Counted from the first letter of the whole stretch, positions 1 to 12,620 are shown. The stretch is DNA of 63,041 nucleotides, filler included, from Choristocarpus tenellus KU-1152 (GCA_964200185.2; 8 parts of 8 records of this genome joined end to end with filler, not necessarily neighbours in it); one strand, 5' to 3'. The notes: generated by a model not told the origin, from the sequence alone. Program-made: numbers and translations.

Positions 1-52
1 GTATTTTGATCCCCAAATGGACGCGACTCTACCCTCTAAGATACTTTGGCTC
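1..52 (-). mobile_element. MITE family B, terminal fragment (cut by window edge)
   Basis: CCCCAAATGGACGCGACTCTACCCTCTAAGATACTTTGGCTC is the reverse complement of the left end of the complete copy at 56975-57234. Confidence 0.85.
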
Positions 53-1323
53 TCGACCAAAAATGACATCTATCGGTCAAATTGGACAGCGTCCAACAAG
101 CAGGAAAAACGGGTTTCTTGTAATGTGGTATTGTATCCCGTATTGTGAGTCAATTGAAGGAATGGAACAACAGTCGCCCAATTATTCTCTGCTATATTAC
201 CGTACATTGATAACATTTGATGCAGAGTAGAATGGACACGCTCTAATACAGAGTTACACTGTGGTCTGTAGGGTGTGTGTGGTACGAGTTTTATGGTACC
301 AAACACTGTAATTCCAGAACAAGTTTATTTTCAAATTCTTTACTTTGGTCAGAGTGAAGGATTTCAGGTGCCCCAAATATTGAAAAAATTATTTCAAACA
401 AAGTTTTGGGAACGGTCACTTCTTGTTTGTCTGAAATGGGAATGAGAAAAGCAAAGCGTGTCAATTGCCAAAGAGCCGAAAGAACATACCAGCATCAACG
501 AGGAATGGTCTTACACTGTACAAGAAAACAGCAATGCGGTCGAATGGTCGGGTGGCAGGAATTTGTCCTAGAGGCAGCGTAGGACGTCTGTGAGAGATTT
601 TTCGTCTTTGGCAAAGTTAGCATCTCTCAGACCATTCTCTAACATCTTTTTGAAACACGGGTCACCAATTCTGGTCTCGTACCTTGTCAAGAGTATGAGA
701 AAGACCAAAGTGACCTCCCGAAGAGGGATAATTGCGACAAGCATGTAAAACCAGAGATTGCAATTATTTTGGAACCACTAAGGCTCAAAGTATCTGGGGG
801 GGAGTGGCAGTTGCCCATTTGGGGACCATTTTTGCTTGTCGTGATTTTTGGTCGATTTGGTTGCATGCATTGGATGGATAATGTTAGTGCACTTCTCCTG
901 GTCAGGGCTTAAATGGACACTCTAGTGTAGGGTCCCCCCTCCCCCACACCAGATGCTTTGAGTCTAATTGACCATGAAGAGCACGGTGTTTGTGTAGATG
1001 CCCTGGGAAATATGATCGGCAAAGCAAGTTAAGTGTCAGCATCAACATAAAAACATGGCATGCAATAGGTCGATTCACGGGGAAGTAGAGATACTGAATT
1101 GGGGGCTTCTAAATACCCAAAACAAAGAGAAAATTGATTCATTTGTGCTGAACGAATTTTGGTATGGTCCAAAGCTGGAAAGATATTCACTGAACTACTG
1201 AAAGGTTCACGGTCACTCTGATTTACATCTGGTTCATGAAAGCGATCTGGATGATACAAGTCGTGTGAACAGGATATTTGTAAGGGTACTGTAGAACGTG
1301 AACATCGATTTATATATTATTGG
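53..1323 (-). pseudogene. Degenerate Ty3/gypsy LTR-retrotransposon pol (integrase HHCC + rve core), interrupted by a MITE
   Basis: Frameshifted minus-strand translation gives QLVVP..GGHFGLSHTLDKVR..KDVREW..CQRRK..P.TRPFDRI and HTPYRPQCNSVLERVHSTLHQML..W..VPFLQLTHNT..N. Confidence 0.85.
782..964 (+). mobile_element. MITE family A (183 bp) inserted in the gypsy integrase
   Basis: TIRs GGCTCAAAGTATCTGGGG...CCAGATGCTTTGAGTC; TAA duplicated (779-781 / 965-967); removing it restores GQLVVP. Confidence 0.9.
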
Positions 1324-1325
1324 TA

Positions 1326-2669
1326 CTCTCGTTGTCCCATTAGTCTGCGACGTTAAGGGTGTAACGTTTGAGATGGACCTCCAATGAAAAAAGTTTTTTT
1401 TATGTTGGATTCCTTGATTGTTTTACGCGAAATTCATTCTTCACTTTCCTCGTACCCATCAATCCACCAATCCACCACCGTGTCGAAACTCCTTTGTCGA
1501 TCCTGATCGATTTTGGCAGATTTCCCTTACACCGCCTACTCTAAAATTCTGGTGTGCTGTACCTCGAGATCGTTATCCCCTAGCGCCTTCAAAACTCGAT
1601 TGTACCGCTTAAAGAGGCCCTGGCATACCCCCTCCAAAGTACGTGCATCATACCCCCGTTACATGCTCTTCACACCCTCCACAAGGTGGTCTATCTAACT
1701 GTAACGCTCCCTCCAAACTCTACTTTTTAGGGATACAAAGGAACCCCAAATCGTTGATATTGGGGTCAGGTGACTGCGCAGGCTGCGTTACGAGCTTGTT
1801 GTTCCACCCCCCATCTCTCCCGACTTTGTTGAGCTTCCACAGCGTGTCTTTTCCCAAATGGGAAGTCGCTCCGTCCTGCTCCATGGCCAACTTCTCACCT
1901 TCCAACCACAGCATGTTTTCCTTCAATGCGGGGAGAAAAGTCTCCCCGGTACCACTTGACATCGTTGGTCACATTGAACTGGTACTACTACCCCCTCTTG
2001 TGGCGGGCTGAATTTATCTGCACCTGCTTGATGACACAAATATGCTAGATTCCGATCTTGCTGTCAAGATCACGGGAAGGACCTGGGCGCAAAACGGCGC
2101 AGATGGACATCACCATAGGAATGTGACTCTTACGCTTTACCTTGGTCAAGCCCACCCTTTCCTCCCTGGCCCAACCTTTCAGAAGCCGTTTCTTACCAGG
2201 AGGTAGCGCTAAAGCGTAGCGTACGGTCAGCGCGTTTTGAATTTCCTCGCTCAGCTCGCAATTTTTACCCCAGACCGATGGACTCCCGACAATAGACGGT
2301 TGACTAACTGGAGTGACCATATTGACTATGGGACTTGTGTCGCAGATAGTCCGAAGGCTAAGCAAGAGTCGTACGGCTCTTAGGGAGGTGCTGAGATATT
2401 TGTGATGATGGGGGGTGTTGTACCCGTTGCTGTCCGCAGTAAAGTCTCTGAATATAGGACCGAAAAGGACCATTTTTTCAGTTCCAATTCTCGGAACAGA
2501 TTCAGAGCTATTTCGGAACAAAATGCGAAAACCAAGAAATCGGCTCCAAATAATGACATACAAATTCGGTTTGAGGAACGTATCACCAAGAAAGTCTTGG
2601 TATTCGTAAAGAAACAGCCAAACACAAAGTGAAAATTCATGACGTTGTATACTTATGGGATAGAGGGAA
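1326..2669 (-). mobile_element. Internally deleted plant-type (DD39D-related) mariner DNA transposon
   Basis: TA-flanked Stowaway-type ends (TA|CTCTCGTTGTCCCATTAG ... CTTATGGGATAGAGGGAA|TA); transposase motifs KSHIPMVM..AVLRP..DSKIGI and QDGATSH...QPAQSPDPNINDLGF. Confidence 0.85.
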
Positions 2670-3583
2670 TATGATGTCACCGCTCCTAAGTACATGTACA
2701 CACACATGTATGAATTTGGTTGTTTATGGATTAGATGTGAGTACAGTACCTACCCCGATTTTATGCCAACTATTATATACCAAATACCATTTTGTACCGC
2801 TTTTTTCGACATGATCAAAAAAGTGAAAGTTTATGAAGTAATCTGAGTTTTGTGGGCGGAAGAATTCTGGTTGGTTGGGGGCACAGGACAAGAATGTGGG
2901 GGAAAAGGAAAAGAAAGAAGTAGGAAGAGAAGGAATAGTTAAGGAAGGGACGAGATGGTTAATGGAAATGAGTGGAGATAAAAGGAGGGACAGCAGCCAG
3001 TTAGTGAAAATGGGGGCACAAGACGAGGAGGGGAGACCAAGGCAACCTCCGAGCAAGCTTCTCGCTGTTCCAACATATGGGCAATATGGCAGACAGGAGG
3101 GACAACGAGATTGAGTGGGCTGAGATGGCGCGGGAAAATGAGGGAAAAAACGAAGGGACAAGAAGAGGGGAAGGAGAAGAAATGACAGAGGGTTGGGCAG
3201 AAGAGAAGGGATGGAAGGAACAGGAATTAGAGACGGGAACAATGGCGGTGCAGAGGATGCAGGCACATATCGAAACGGCGCAACGGGAAATGGGAATCTT
3301 CTAGACGGGGGAGAGAGAGAAAACGGGTGTGGAGGACGGGGACGACTGAGAGCAGAGGAGCGTGAGCAACCAAGGCCAACGAATGGACAGTATGATGGAG
3401 ATGTTACAAGTACTATGTCGGTCGAGAACATCAGAGAAAGGGGAGGAAGAAAGAGGGATGGGAAGGGGAGTAGGAGCCATGAGGGAGAGGGGGTCGACAT
3501 CATCAACAGCGATTGCCGAAAGATTTCAAGAGAAGTCACTGATGCTGGCGTGGAACAGGGTGGAGGTGAGAAAGTACTATATA

Positions 3584-3670
3584 GGCTCAAAGTATCTGGG
3601 AGGGGGTGGAGGCTGTCCATTTGGGGTCATTTTTTTTATGTCGCGATTTTTGGGTGATTTGGGTTTCATA
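3584..3670 (+). mobile_element. MITE family A, left part, ends at contig break
   Basis: GGCTCAAAGTATCTGGGAGGGGGTGGAGGCTGTCCATTTGGGGTCA... Confidence 0.85.
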
Positions 3671-3770
3671 NNNNNNNNNNNNNNNNNNNNNNNNNNNNNN
3701 NNNNNNNNNNNNNNTTAATTAATTAANNNNNNNNNNNNNNNNNNNNNNNNNNNNNNNNNNNNNNNNNNNN
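3671..3770. other. Artificial contig linker (N-TTAATTAATTAA-N, 100 bp)
   Basis: Identical six-frame-stop linker occurs 7 times. Confidence 0.97.
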
Positions 3771-3797
3771 CCCCCCCTCCCCCAGATACTTTGACCC
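3771..3797. mobile_element. MITE family A terminal fragment at contig start
   Basis: CCCCC..CCCAGATACTTTGACCC. Confidence 0.75.
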
Positions 3798-5475
3798 AAA
3801 ATGCTGATCATTATTTATTGGTACAAATAATGGTAAATTCTGGGTATATGTTTGCAGTGATGGAGCAAATGCAACCCCTCCATAATGCCGAGAAAAAGGA
3901 ACAGGGTGAAGGAAGCGTATTGCTCGAGTTGGTGTGAATGTCCAACTACGGATTTGTTTTTGCAGGGTGGGCAGGGGGGATGAAGAAGTCTACAAGTGTT
4001 TCACAACACAGCTTCAAAGAGACTAGGAAGAGCATAAGCGACTGAATTAAGTGCGGCGTGAGAGAACTGCAACAACAGCTGAGTGGGATTGGCTGTAACG
4101 TGCTTGTGCCAGGTCTGGCTGCACACCATGTTTGCAGTCTATTGTTCTGTACACCTGGGTACATTCACTTCAACTTGATGCTGATTCACTCTAGTTTCGA
4201 TATAGTGTTCCACAATGACGTTTGACTCCGTACACACCTTCTGCGGTGAGTTAAAGTGGAGTGTCAAACTGTACTGGGTAGATGGAACATAAGAAGATAC
4301 ATATCTCAGTATTTTATATCTGTTTCATGTACATGTGCCCGATCTACTGCCTTGCATCTTATCGAGCCTAATGCATAAATTGCACTGTAGCTAAATTGTA
4401 TTGGTCTCAACTTTCCCAAACCCAGGCCGGAAGTGCAGCGAGAGCAGTCCATCCCTTTGCTCCCTTTTGACTTTCTTTGTGTGCTAAAAATGTTTCACGT
4501 TGCTTAAGTCACCATATCTTCCTCACAAACAAGTTATTATTATGCGTATAGGCACTCCTTGACCACCATTCCTGCTTATTCTTGTTTGAATCTTGATAAC
4601 AGGAGCTTCTTTACGCAGGAATAAAGCCAATTCAATATTATTATTAATTTTTCACATCATTTGTATTTTGATTCACCAAACAACAGCAACCTCAACCTGA
4701 TATGATAAATTATTGATACAAGCCCATGGTACAGTAATTGCTTCTTCTGCTGTTCACTACAATAAAAATGCTAATCTTTTTATGGTTATCTATCCAGACT
4801 TCAACCACAGATCCCAGGAACATGAGGTCCATCTAGATTCCTAAGAGTAGCTTAACTGACGTCTCTATTTCCTACTTTGAATAAGTGCTTTAGGCACAAG
4901 AATGATAAAATGTACTCTTTATGAATACACAGGAGTCAAACGTGATCTTCCCTGCTGGCTCACCCCCCACCCCTGCCCTTTCTTGAAACAAGAACTCGCT
5001 GTCATAGGGTTTACATCTGTATTGATATTGGGTCAGAAGAGGGAGGGAGAACGCATGAGAGAGAGAGAGAAAGAGAAAAAGAGAGTTTCCCCCACCTCCT
5101 GAATTTACTCCTTTTGTCCATCCCTTCCCGCTTCATTTAGCAACCTGTGCTCTGCTCTGGGTAAAACGGAGGAAATCACACCCTTTGACACACTGCAGAG
5201 CAAGGGATACATCTTGAGTTGAAGAAACTCTAGGACATAAACACCCTCAAAGAGGTTAATAATGCACTTTGCCCTACTTGTAAAAATAGTAACCTTTGTA
5301 ATACGTAACACGATTAGAACACATTTCCTTTATCCTCTCCTCACCCACCCTCATTCCTCCTTTACTCGCACATGATTTTTCCCTTCAGGCAGTTGTCCAG
5401 CAACTCCTGAGGAAAATATGCTTTTAGCACCAAAGGCGAATTTGTAGTCATTCATTGTCATGATGACAACAATGT

Positions 5476-7467
5476 TCAGGGAATCCACCAGTCTTCCGTG
5501 CTGTGAAGCCAAGTTGAGAGTTCCTCATGAGCTGACACACTGTATGAGGAGTCATATCCCCCCTCTCTTTCCTCCTCTGCTTTACCCTGGCCCTCAGTGT
5601 CCATCTCTGTGATCTCTGATGTGAACGTTTCATTCAATTTGAGATCTTCCTCAAATGCTGACAAGGGGTATCTCTTCGGGTGTAGACTTGACACCACTGG
5701 TACTTCCGTTGATGTTGGAGTGTGGGAAGACTTCAAAGACATTAAGTGTTCCGCATGTCCCTTCCCTGAAAGCATGTCAGACCTGTAAGGAGTTTAGAAG
5801 TTGCTCCATTAGAGAATTTAATCAGGGATGGGAAGGAATCTTGGTAAAGTAGAAAATGACTTCTACAATATGCCCTAAAACCAGTAACACAATTTCTTGT
5901 AAGGGGTATTGTCTTTGTTTTCCCCTAGATATCAGTGCTTACCTGTCGGAACCCAGAAAGTAATTTGGCAACTGGTTATTTTCACCACCTCCTACAAATA
6001 AGTCCATCATGCCCCCGCTGGCAGTTAGTGTTGACATGAGTTGGGGGAGGGCAGGAATCTCCTGACTTTTACCCAACAACTCCCTCTCGCACACTTGCCC
6101 CTTTCCCAAGTGATCACTGGCTGGGAGGCCTAAAGGAACACTCTTGGGTGATTCCACACCCATTCCTTCCACGCTGTTTGCAAGATTTTCGATCGCGGTG
6201 GAGTTGAGGCGCTGAACCTTGAGGCTTCGTTGCAGGCTAATAGTCTCATTGCCAATACTGCCACAGGAAGCTGTCTCAGTCACCATCCTTGCCGGTGTCT
6301 CCCTCCGGACTCGTGAGGCATCACCTCCACCGGTCAGAGTCGTCTCCTCAACGTATCTGTTTAAGTGTAGCTTAGCTCGTCCTTGGGGTCTATTCCTGTT
6401 TTGTTCATCACAGCCCCAGTCAACTTCGACATGTTCATTGTCATCCCCTACATGGGGGCATTGCACAACCTTTACTCCATCCCCATCCCCGTCCCCATCC
6501 TCATCCGCAACTTGGTCTCGCCACAATCGTTCATATTCATCCCTACTCTCCTTTCCATTCCCCACCCACATTGATCTGCTTGCAATACCAGTCCAACTTG
6601 CTGTGGTTAGTGCCGGCTTTCCTCTTCCAGTGCCTGCGGCTGTGTACCCTGATTTATACTTACCCTGGTTCCGATTGGGATACGTGGGGCATTCGCCTCC
6701 AGCAGCACCAGGTGCCGGTGGCGTGTGAGATCCAGAAAAAAATGTGTTTCGGGTGACGGGACTCCGGATAATGAGTCGGTGGGGACTGCCTACCCGCTTC
6801 GCTTCCCCTCCCTGCTCCTCTGCGTCGTCCCCTCTTGTTTCCAAGTCTCGAACACGCTTCACGCCAAAGTGACTCCCTTCTAATTTCTCGAAACCGTGGA
6901 CTTCGTTATCCTCCTGTGCATTTCTTCGCTGACTCCATCCATTGATTCCACTGCGGGAGCTGTTTCGAGATAACTCCGAGCCCCTTGCCACACCAACCTC
7001 TCCAGTGTTTTCTTGCCTGGCAATGTTATCTCGAGGATTGGATGCAATGGTCAACATGTTCATATCCTCCCCTTCTTGTTTAGTGCAACATTCTCGTCCT
7101 GCATCCTTTGGCAGTCTGTAGTAACTACTAGAGCTCTCGGTGTCGATATGGGAACAATGTGCAGACCAATTCACCCCAGTAAAGGCCCTTGGTTGAGTGG
7201 AGAACCTACTCTCAACATTTTGGTCATTGCCTCGAAAATGTGTAGTGTTGAGGTATGACACCAGCCCGGCCCCACCCCATCCCTCCATTTGTCCTTCGTG
7301 GCCATGGCTATGATCATACATGTGACCTTGCGAGGAGTCTTGAACACCGATTCCTCGACATCTCCATTCAGTCTCCTCCGAGTCTTGAAGTGATTGTAGT
7401 CTTGACCCATCGCTATTTGAGGACGAATGCATTGGCTGTTCCGTGGTGACACGCTGTTTAAGTTGTG
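5476..7467 (-). CDS. Hypothetical low-complexity protein, 3' exons (~7467-5943 and 5782-5476); 5' end uncertain
   Basis: 497-codon open frame; phase-2 donor AG|GTAAGC at 5942 joins acceptor TTACAG|G at 5782 in frame, ending ...WLHSTEDWWIP*; no domain recognised. Confidence 0.7.
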
Positions 7468-8565
7468 TCTATTCTCTGCAGTCGCCTTCTGGACCAATGC
7501 TGTCTTCAAGTGGCTCAACCTCTCGCAGTTACCGACTTTCCCCAGCGGCTAGGCCAAGGTTCATTCATCACAAATCAGGACCACAGGAGCCCAGACTCCG
7601 AAGGTAATTTTTTTTTGATCGTAACCTTTCTTGATTGGTCCAAAGGTAAATCTCTATATGACTTCAGAGTAGAATGACAGGTTTTTCTGTATGTGTGTGG
7701 GAATATAGTCAGCGACTGGGCAACAGTGTCAGCTTCCACCACCTGAACCCGCATGGATGGTCGACAAGTTGGAGGGGGCGTTACCCTCGTTTCGGTTCTG
7801 TGTATCGTTTCAGAGGACAAACCGAACAAAAGAAAAAAAAAAGGTAGAGTTTCCGTGTTGTGGAGTTACTTCTTTTCCAATCATGAATTGTATCATTTAA
7901 AATACAAGGATAGAATGGATTTGGTCTGGATAAAAAAAAGCGAAGCAGAGCGACAGCTGATAGTGTAATACAATAATACAAGAGAACTGTATTATATTTA
8001 ACAGTACAAGTACACTACAATACTACTGTACAGTAGAAGTCTGTCACGTATAATACAAGTACCACTGCAATACTGGTACAACAATACTATATTCTAATGT
8101 CGATGGGGTGGAGGAAGCTTGAAGTATTTGTTGGATTCCCCCCCCCTACTTCTCTTCCGTCTTCAGAGTCAATTGTTTTTTGCTGGTTTCTTCTCTTCTC
8201 TAATTATTTTACATACACTATAACTACCCTGGTTAGTGTTTATTGTATGATGGTGGTTCTGCTGTTGGTTGTATTTCTTACATGACATTTCCTCTTCTTC
8301 AGATTGTGTTGTGCTGCAGCGTTTTGCGTTGCTGCCTTCTTCCCTTTTTGTCTCTTGCCTTTTCTATACAATAATCCCCCCCACATGTCAGTGTGGGCAT
8401 TAATATATATATCATAATAGTATATATACAATTGTACCTATATAATGTAATGATAATACTATGGTAGTATGTATTGACTTGTGTGGTAATCTTCAGCAAC
8501 CCACAAAAATAGTGCAATAATAATAATGTATATGATGTAGTCTGTATTTTTATGCCCTCCTAGAA

Positions 8566-8713
8566 ATCGTGCGATTCTGTGGCGGCGTGGTTCACTCAGG
8601 CAAGCGTTTTCAAGAGAATCGCTGGGCAAGATGGACCAGACGGACCAAGACGAACCGTAACCGAGAGGACGAGGTTAAGGTTGGACAAGAGCAAGACTGC
8701 AAGGACTTGCAGG
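8566..8713 (+). repeat. Dispersed repeat, homologous to 58250-58388 (opposite strand)
   Basis: ATCGTG.GATTCTGTGGCGG.GTGGTT.ACTCAGGCAA...GAACCGTAACC.AGA.GAC.AGGTTAAGGTT shared. Confidence 0.75.
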
Positions 8714-9106
8714 AAATTGTGGAGTGATGATAATCTTAGGAGAGGGGGATCATCACAAAAGTCAAGGCGTGACAACAAAGAGAATATTCGATGTGTGATA
8801 TCTTGGGCTGAAGAGATGTCCACTACTTGTGGGATTGGTCTCTTAACAGATTCCACACCTCAATTATTCGTAAGACTCTCCACTGGAATCGGGGATTCCC
8901 GACAAGGAGACCTCAATTGATATAATGGTATATATATGGCATACGGCAATAACGGTATAAAAACTGGCAAACGTGCTTTCCACACTCTACGATAATAATA
9001 ATAACGTTTTCGCTTGTTGTCATGTAGGTAGTAGGACAAGAAGCAGCACAGAAGGTGGAGAAGGTAAAATGCGTTGATGCAAGGGTCTGTATTGCTCATA
9101 GATCAT

Positions 9107-9245
9107 GAGCCAAAGTATTGTAAGGGGTAGAGCCGTGTCCGTTTGGGGGCCAAATTCCAATGTTGCTATTTCGATGTAATTTTGGCTATCGTGCTTGTTA
9201 GGAAATGTCAGTATCGTTGTTCCAGATACACCTTTTTATTATGCC
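9107..9245 (+). mobile_element. MITE family B, truncated copy
   Basis: GAGCCAAAGTATTGTAAGGGGTAGAGCCGTGTCCGTTTGGGGGCCAAA... matches the left half of 56975-57234. Confidence 0.8.
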
Positions 9246-9311
9246 CACTTGACATTTGCATATGCATACATGCTGTGATGGAGGGAACTTACTATGAATT
9301 GTTGTATTTCT

Positions 9312-9492
9312 CACTCGAAGTATCTGGGGGGGGGTGGCGACTGTCCATTGGGGTCGATTTTTTCATATCGCGATTTTTGGGTGATTTGGTTGCACATGTT
9401 GGATAGATAATGTAAATGCACTTTTCCTTATTTTGACCCAAATGGACACCCTGGTGTAGCCCCCCTCCCCCCCCCCTCAGATACTTTGGGTC
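9312..9492 (+). mobile_element. MITE family A
   Basis: TIRs ..CTCGAAGTATCTGGGG / CAGATACTTTGGGTC; flanked by TTCT on both sides. Confidence 0.88.
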
Positions 9493-9613
9493 TTCTCTAG
9501 AGTTCTATGGAATTAAAATGGAATAAATACTTTGGGGGGGGAGGAGGAGAATTTTTCAGAGTTAGTGTATATGATGGATGGGGGACTGTGTTTATTGCAT
9601 AGACACCTTAGTA

Positions 9614-9713
9614 NNNNNNNNNNNNNNNNNNNNNNNNNNNNNNNNNNNNNNNNNNNNTTAATTAATTAANNNNNNNNNNNNNNNNNNNNNNNNNNNNNNN
9701 NNNNNNNNNNNNN
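9614..9713. other. Artificial contig linker
   Basis: N-TTAATTAATTAA-N. Confidence 0.97.
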
Positions 9714-12620
9714 TGCGTGTCCCCACAAGTAACCAGCATGCAGTCTCTCTGGCCCACGTCAGTGCCCTCCACCTCTAGACACTTGCCTTTCGACACCTTG
9801 CAGTCAGTGGCCTCGCCCCCAAACACTACGGGGTAGTGATATCGGTATTGGCCTGGCCATGACTCCTCTGACTTGGCATGGATGCCAGCAAACACTACAT
9901 CGTGTACATACAGGTTGGGGAGGGAGACAAATGATTTATTTTTTTTTTTTGGGGGGGGAGGGGGGGAGAACATTCGTGTGTGATTAGAGCCAGTGCTGCT
10001 GAGACAAAGGTTCTTGGCGGTGATGGGTAAGAATATAAATTGATCCGCTTGAGATGCAAGTTGTGTTCTTGAACCCCACAATAGTCTTCGTGGGCAAAAC
10101 AGGGTGCATGGGAAGAGTGGCAGTTGAGAGAGGAGGTGAGGATGAGAAGGGAGTGGGCCCCTGCTTCACCTAGTTCTACTTCACCGAGCTGCTACTTCTT
10201 AAGCTCCAAGGGTAGCACACAGTAACATGTCCTCCCTGAGGTGCACTGCAAGGTTGCACGGAAGTCAACCCACCCTACAGGGTACAGGAACAAAAAAAAC
10301 TGTAGGGGTACACCAAAACGTCCCGTAACTCCAGAAAGAGCGAGAACTGAGAATTAAAAAAACATACAAAAATAAAAAGGATGTTACAGGAGGGGAATGA
10401 ATCCTAAGGACTTAAAATAAAAATACACTCTTTCTCGCTTCTGCCTAAGGTACATCTACACCTCCTGCTCTGCGGGTGAAAAGGGAAGACCTAGCTTATC
10501 CCGATTGTCTGTATTAACAACCATTCTACGGACACAATCCCCTCCACCTGGAGGGAGGGGCAGGCCAAAGAGCACCACACCTTGGAGGGGCACAGTGGCA
10601 GGGTCGGCGGCAGTTCCATTCCCACGGATTGCCCACTGCACCCAGGTGTCCGGCTGTTGCCCACACAAGAATGATGTCCATGCATCCTCACCACCTCCAC
10701 AAGTACACGAGAATACTTTCCCACCATCCCATTTGACCTCCTCCAGGGTTGGGACCAGCGAGTCAGAGCTGCAGTTGGTGGCCTGGCGAACCTGTACAAA
10801 CAAAAAACAAATGATAAAAAAGCTGTGTGTGTGTGTGTGTGTGTGTGTGTGTCTGCAACGCACAGAATAGTAGGTTTATGCGTGTTTGATTACATGTATG
10901 CTGTGTCCTTGTCTGATTTTGTGCTGCCTACTGTGTTGTGCATTGTGTTGTGTGTGTCAATGTGCAACTCTCTCAGAGGTTTAGTGTCAGTACAAACGAG
11001 GGTGATTGATTTGACTCTACCAACACCCTATTCGAGAGGTGATCTGCATGCAGTGCTGAAAGATTTCTTTAAGTATCAGATGCCCACCAGGCGACCATCA
11101 AAAACTAGTCTTCACATCATAGTCCTCTATCATTGACATACACAGCTTCACAATAGACAGCATCAGGTCAGTCATGCATGGGAGAGTTCCAAGAGCTTAC
11201 TTAAATGGCACTGGCACAGGCTATTCAAATACAATCATGGACGCCACGTGCAAAGACAGCCCTAGTGCCACACTGCAGGACCTGCAGTAATTTCTACAGT
11301 TTCATTGCATTCTTTGGGCTAGTAGTTCGAGTAGATCACCCTTGTGAAAGAGATACAAAATAGATGAACATACATGAGGATGTGCATCAAATTTACTCAG
11401 AACTTACTACCACCAATGGCTAAGGGCGCCTATACCTGCTATCAGATTCTGTGTGCCATATACTCCTCAAACAAAGATGCAAGGCGGTGGGCATATTATC
11501 ATGCTGAGATATGAGCTAGAAGGTATACCACAAGGGCACCATAGCATGTGATGTAAACGGCAATTCATAACGAGAACCAATCTAAACCGAAGATTAAAAA
11601 ACCAGGCCCACAGCAAGCACAAGCAATCTAAAGCTTCTTTGATAGTGTGGCATCATATTACACATGTATGTCATCGAGCAGTCCCACTTCAGAACTATAA
11701 CAATATATGGAACATGGAACGATACACAATATGCAAACAAGGAACGCGACCAACATTGAAGGGGTTTCGACGAAGGTTCAAGAGCGCGGCATCAATTCTC
11801 AATACCAGGCATGCCATACTCATGAATCTCATTGTGCACAAATGTGTCCGCCAAAATGAGAGCTTCCCCACACATGGAGCGCAAGGTGCTATATTGACAC
11901 TACAAGGATCGAGGCGAGGATATCAAGCAAAAAAAATGGACTGGAACAAAAAGTAAGGGCAGTACAGTAAATAAAAACTTGGGGTGCTGAATAGACAATG
12001 GATAGAGGAAACACACATTTCCATCCACCATCTTGTCCGGGCACACGGACAGGTCCAGGCATCGCCCGCAGTTCACACCGGCCCAGCCATCCTGGCAACT
12101 ACAATGGGCACAGCTCAGGTCCGGGTTCTCCCCTGATCCTTGATAAAGAGTGGAATTGTGCTCACAGGAGGGATTTCCATAGTCTAAGGCGTTCGCGCAG
12201 GCTGCGTGAGGTGCAAAGGGAGAAGTAGTAAGGTGAAATGTGGAGGCGGGTAGGAAAAAGCAAAAGATTGGACATTACAATACATGTCCAAAATTCGACG
12301 CAATGGAAGCCTTAAAGCTTCATACACGGAGGTCCTGCTTCAAAGACGTAGGGATACATACGGGTGGGGGGGGTGGTTCTGTACAAGGCGGCATGGTTTA
12401 GTGCTTCCTTGGCGTCACGTCTCCACGAATCGTTGTACAATGGAACAACTAGCAAATGTGACAGGGTCAGCAAGCGGGGGAGTTGGAACACACCTTCCCC
12501 AAGGGGCATATCATCAACGGATGCCTTGATTATTCCTTCCACAGATAACAATAGAAGAAAAAATATCACCAGCTCGACTCGTAGGCAAAAGGCACGCCTG
12601 CACCGCCACGTCAAACACAT
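9714..12620 (-). CDS. Secreted Cys-rich/EGF-like protein, 5' part; resembles the N-terminus of ADP1-type ABCG transporters. Exons 12620-12362, 12201-12017, 10791-10581, 9894-9714 (3' truncated by contig end)
   Basis: Hydrophobic signal (LVIFFLLLLSVEG); EGF-like CAHCSCQDGWAGVNCGRCLDLSVC; intron phases 1,0,1 consistent; the ABC domain is not in the contig, so ABCG is inference. Confidence 0.75.
10825..10852. repeat. (GT)n microsatellite in intron
   Basis: direct observation. Confidence 0.95.

Noticed and set aside
2045-2707. 220-aa ORF as a gene
   Set aside because: Read-through of the mariner terminal region into a deleted transposase fragment
2724-3657. 298-aa Pro/Leu/Ser ORF and overlapping Gly/Arg/Glu ORFs
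   Set aside because: Produced by purine/pyrimidine strand bias; no recognisable domain; ORFs run into a MITE
4047-5218. Possible extra minus-strand exons
   Set aside because: Lie beyond the stop at 5476; no consistent model or homology
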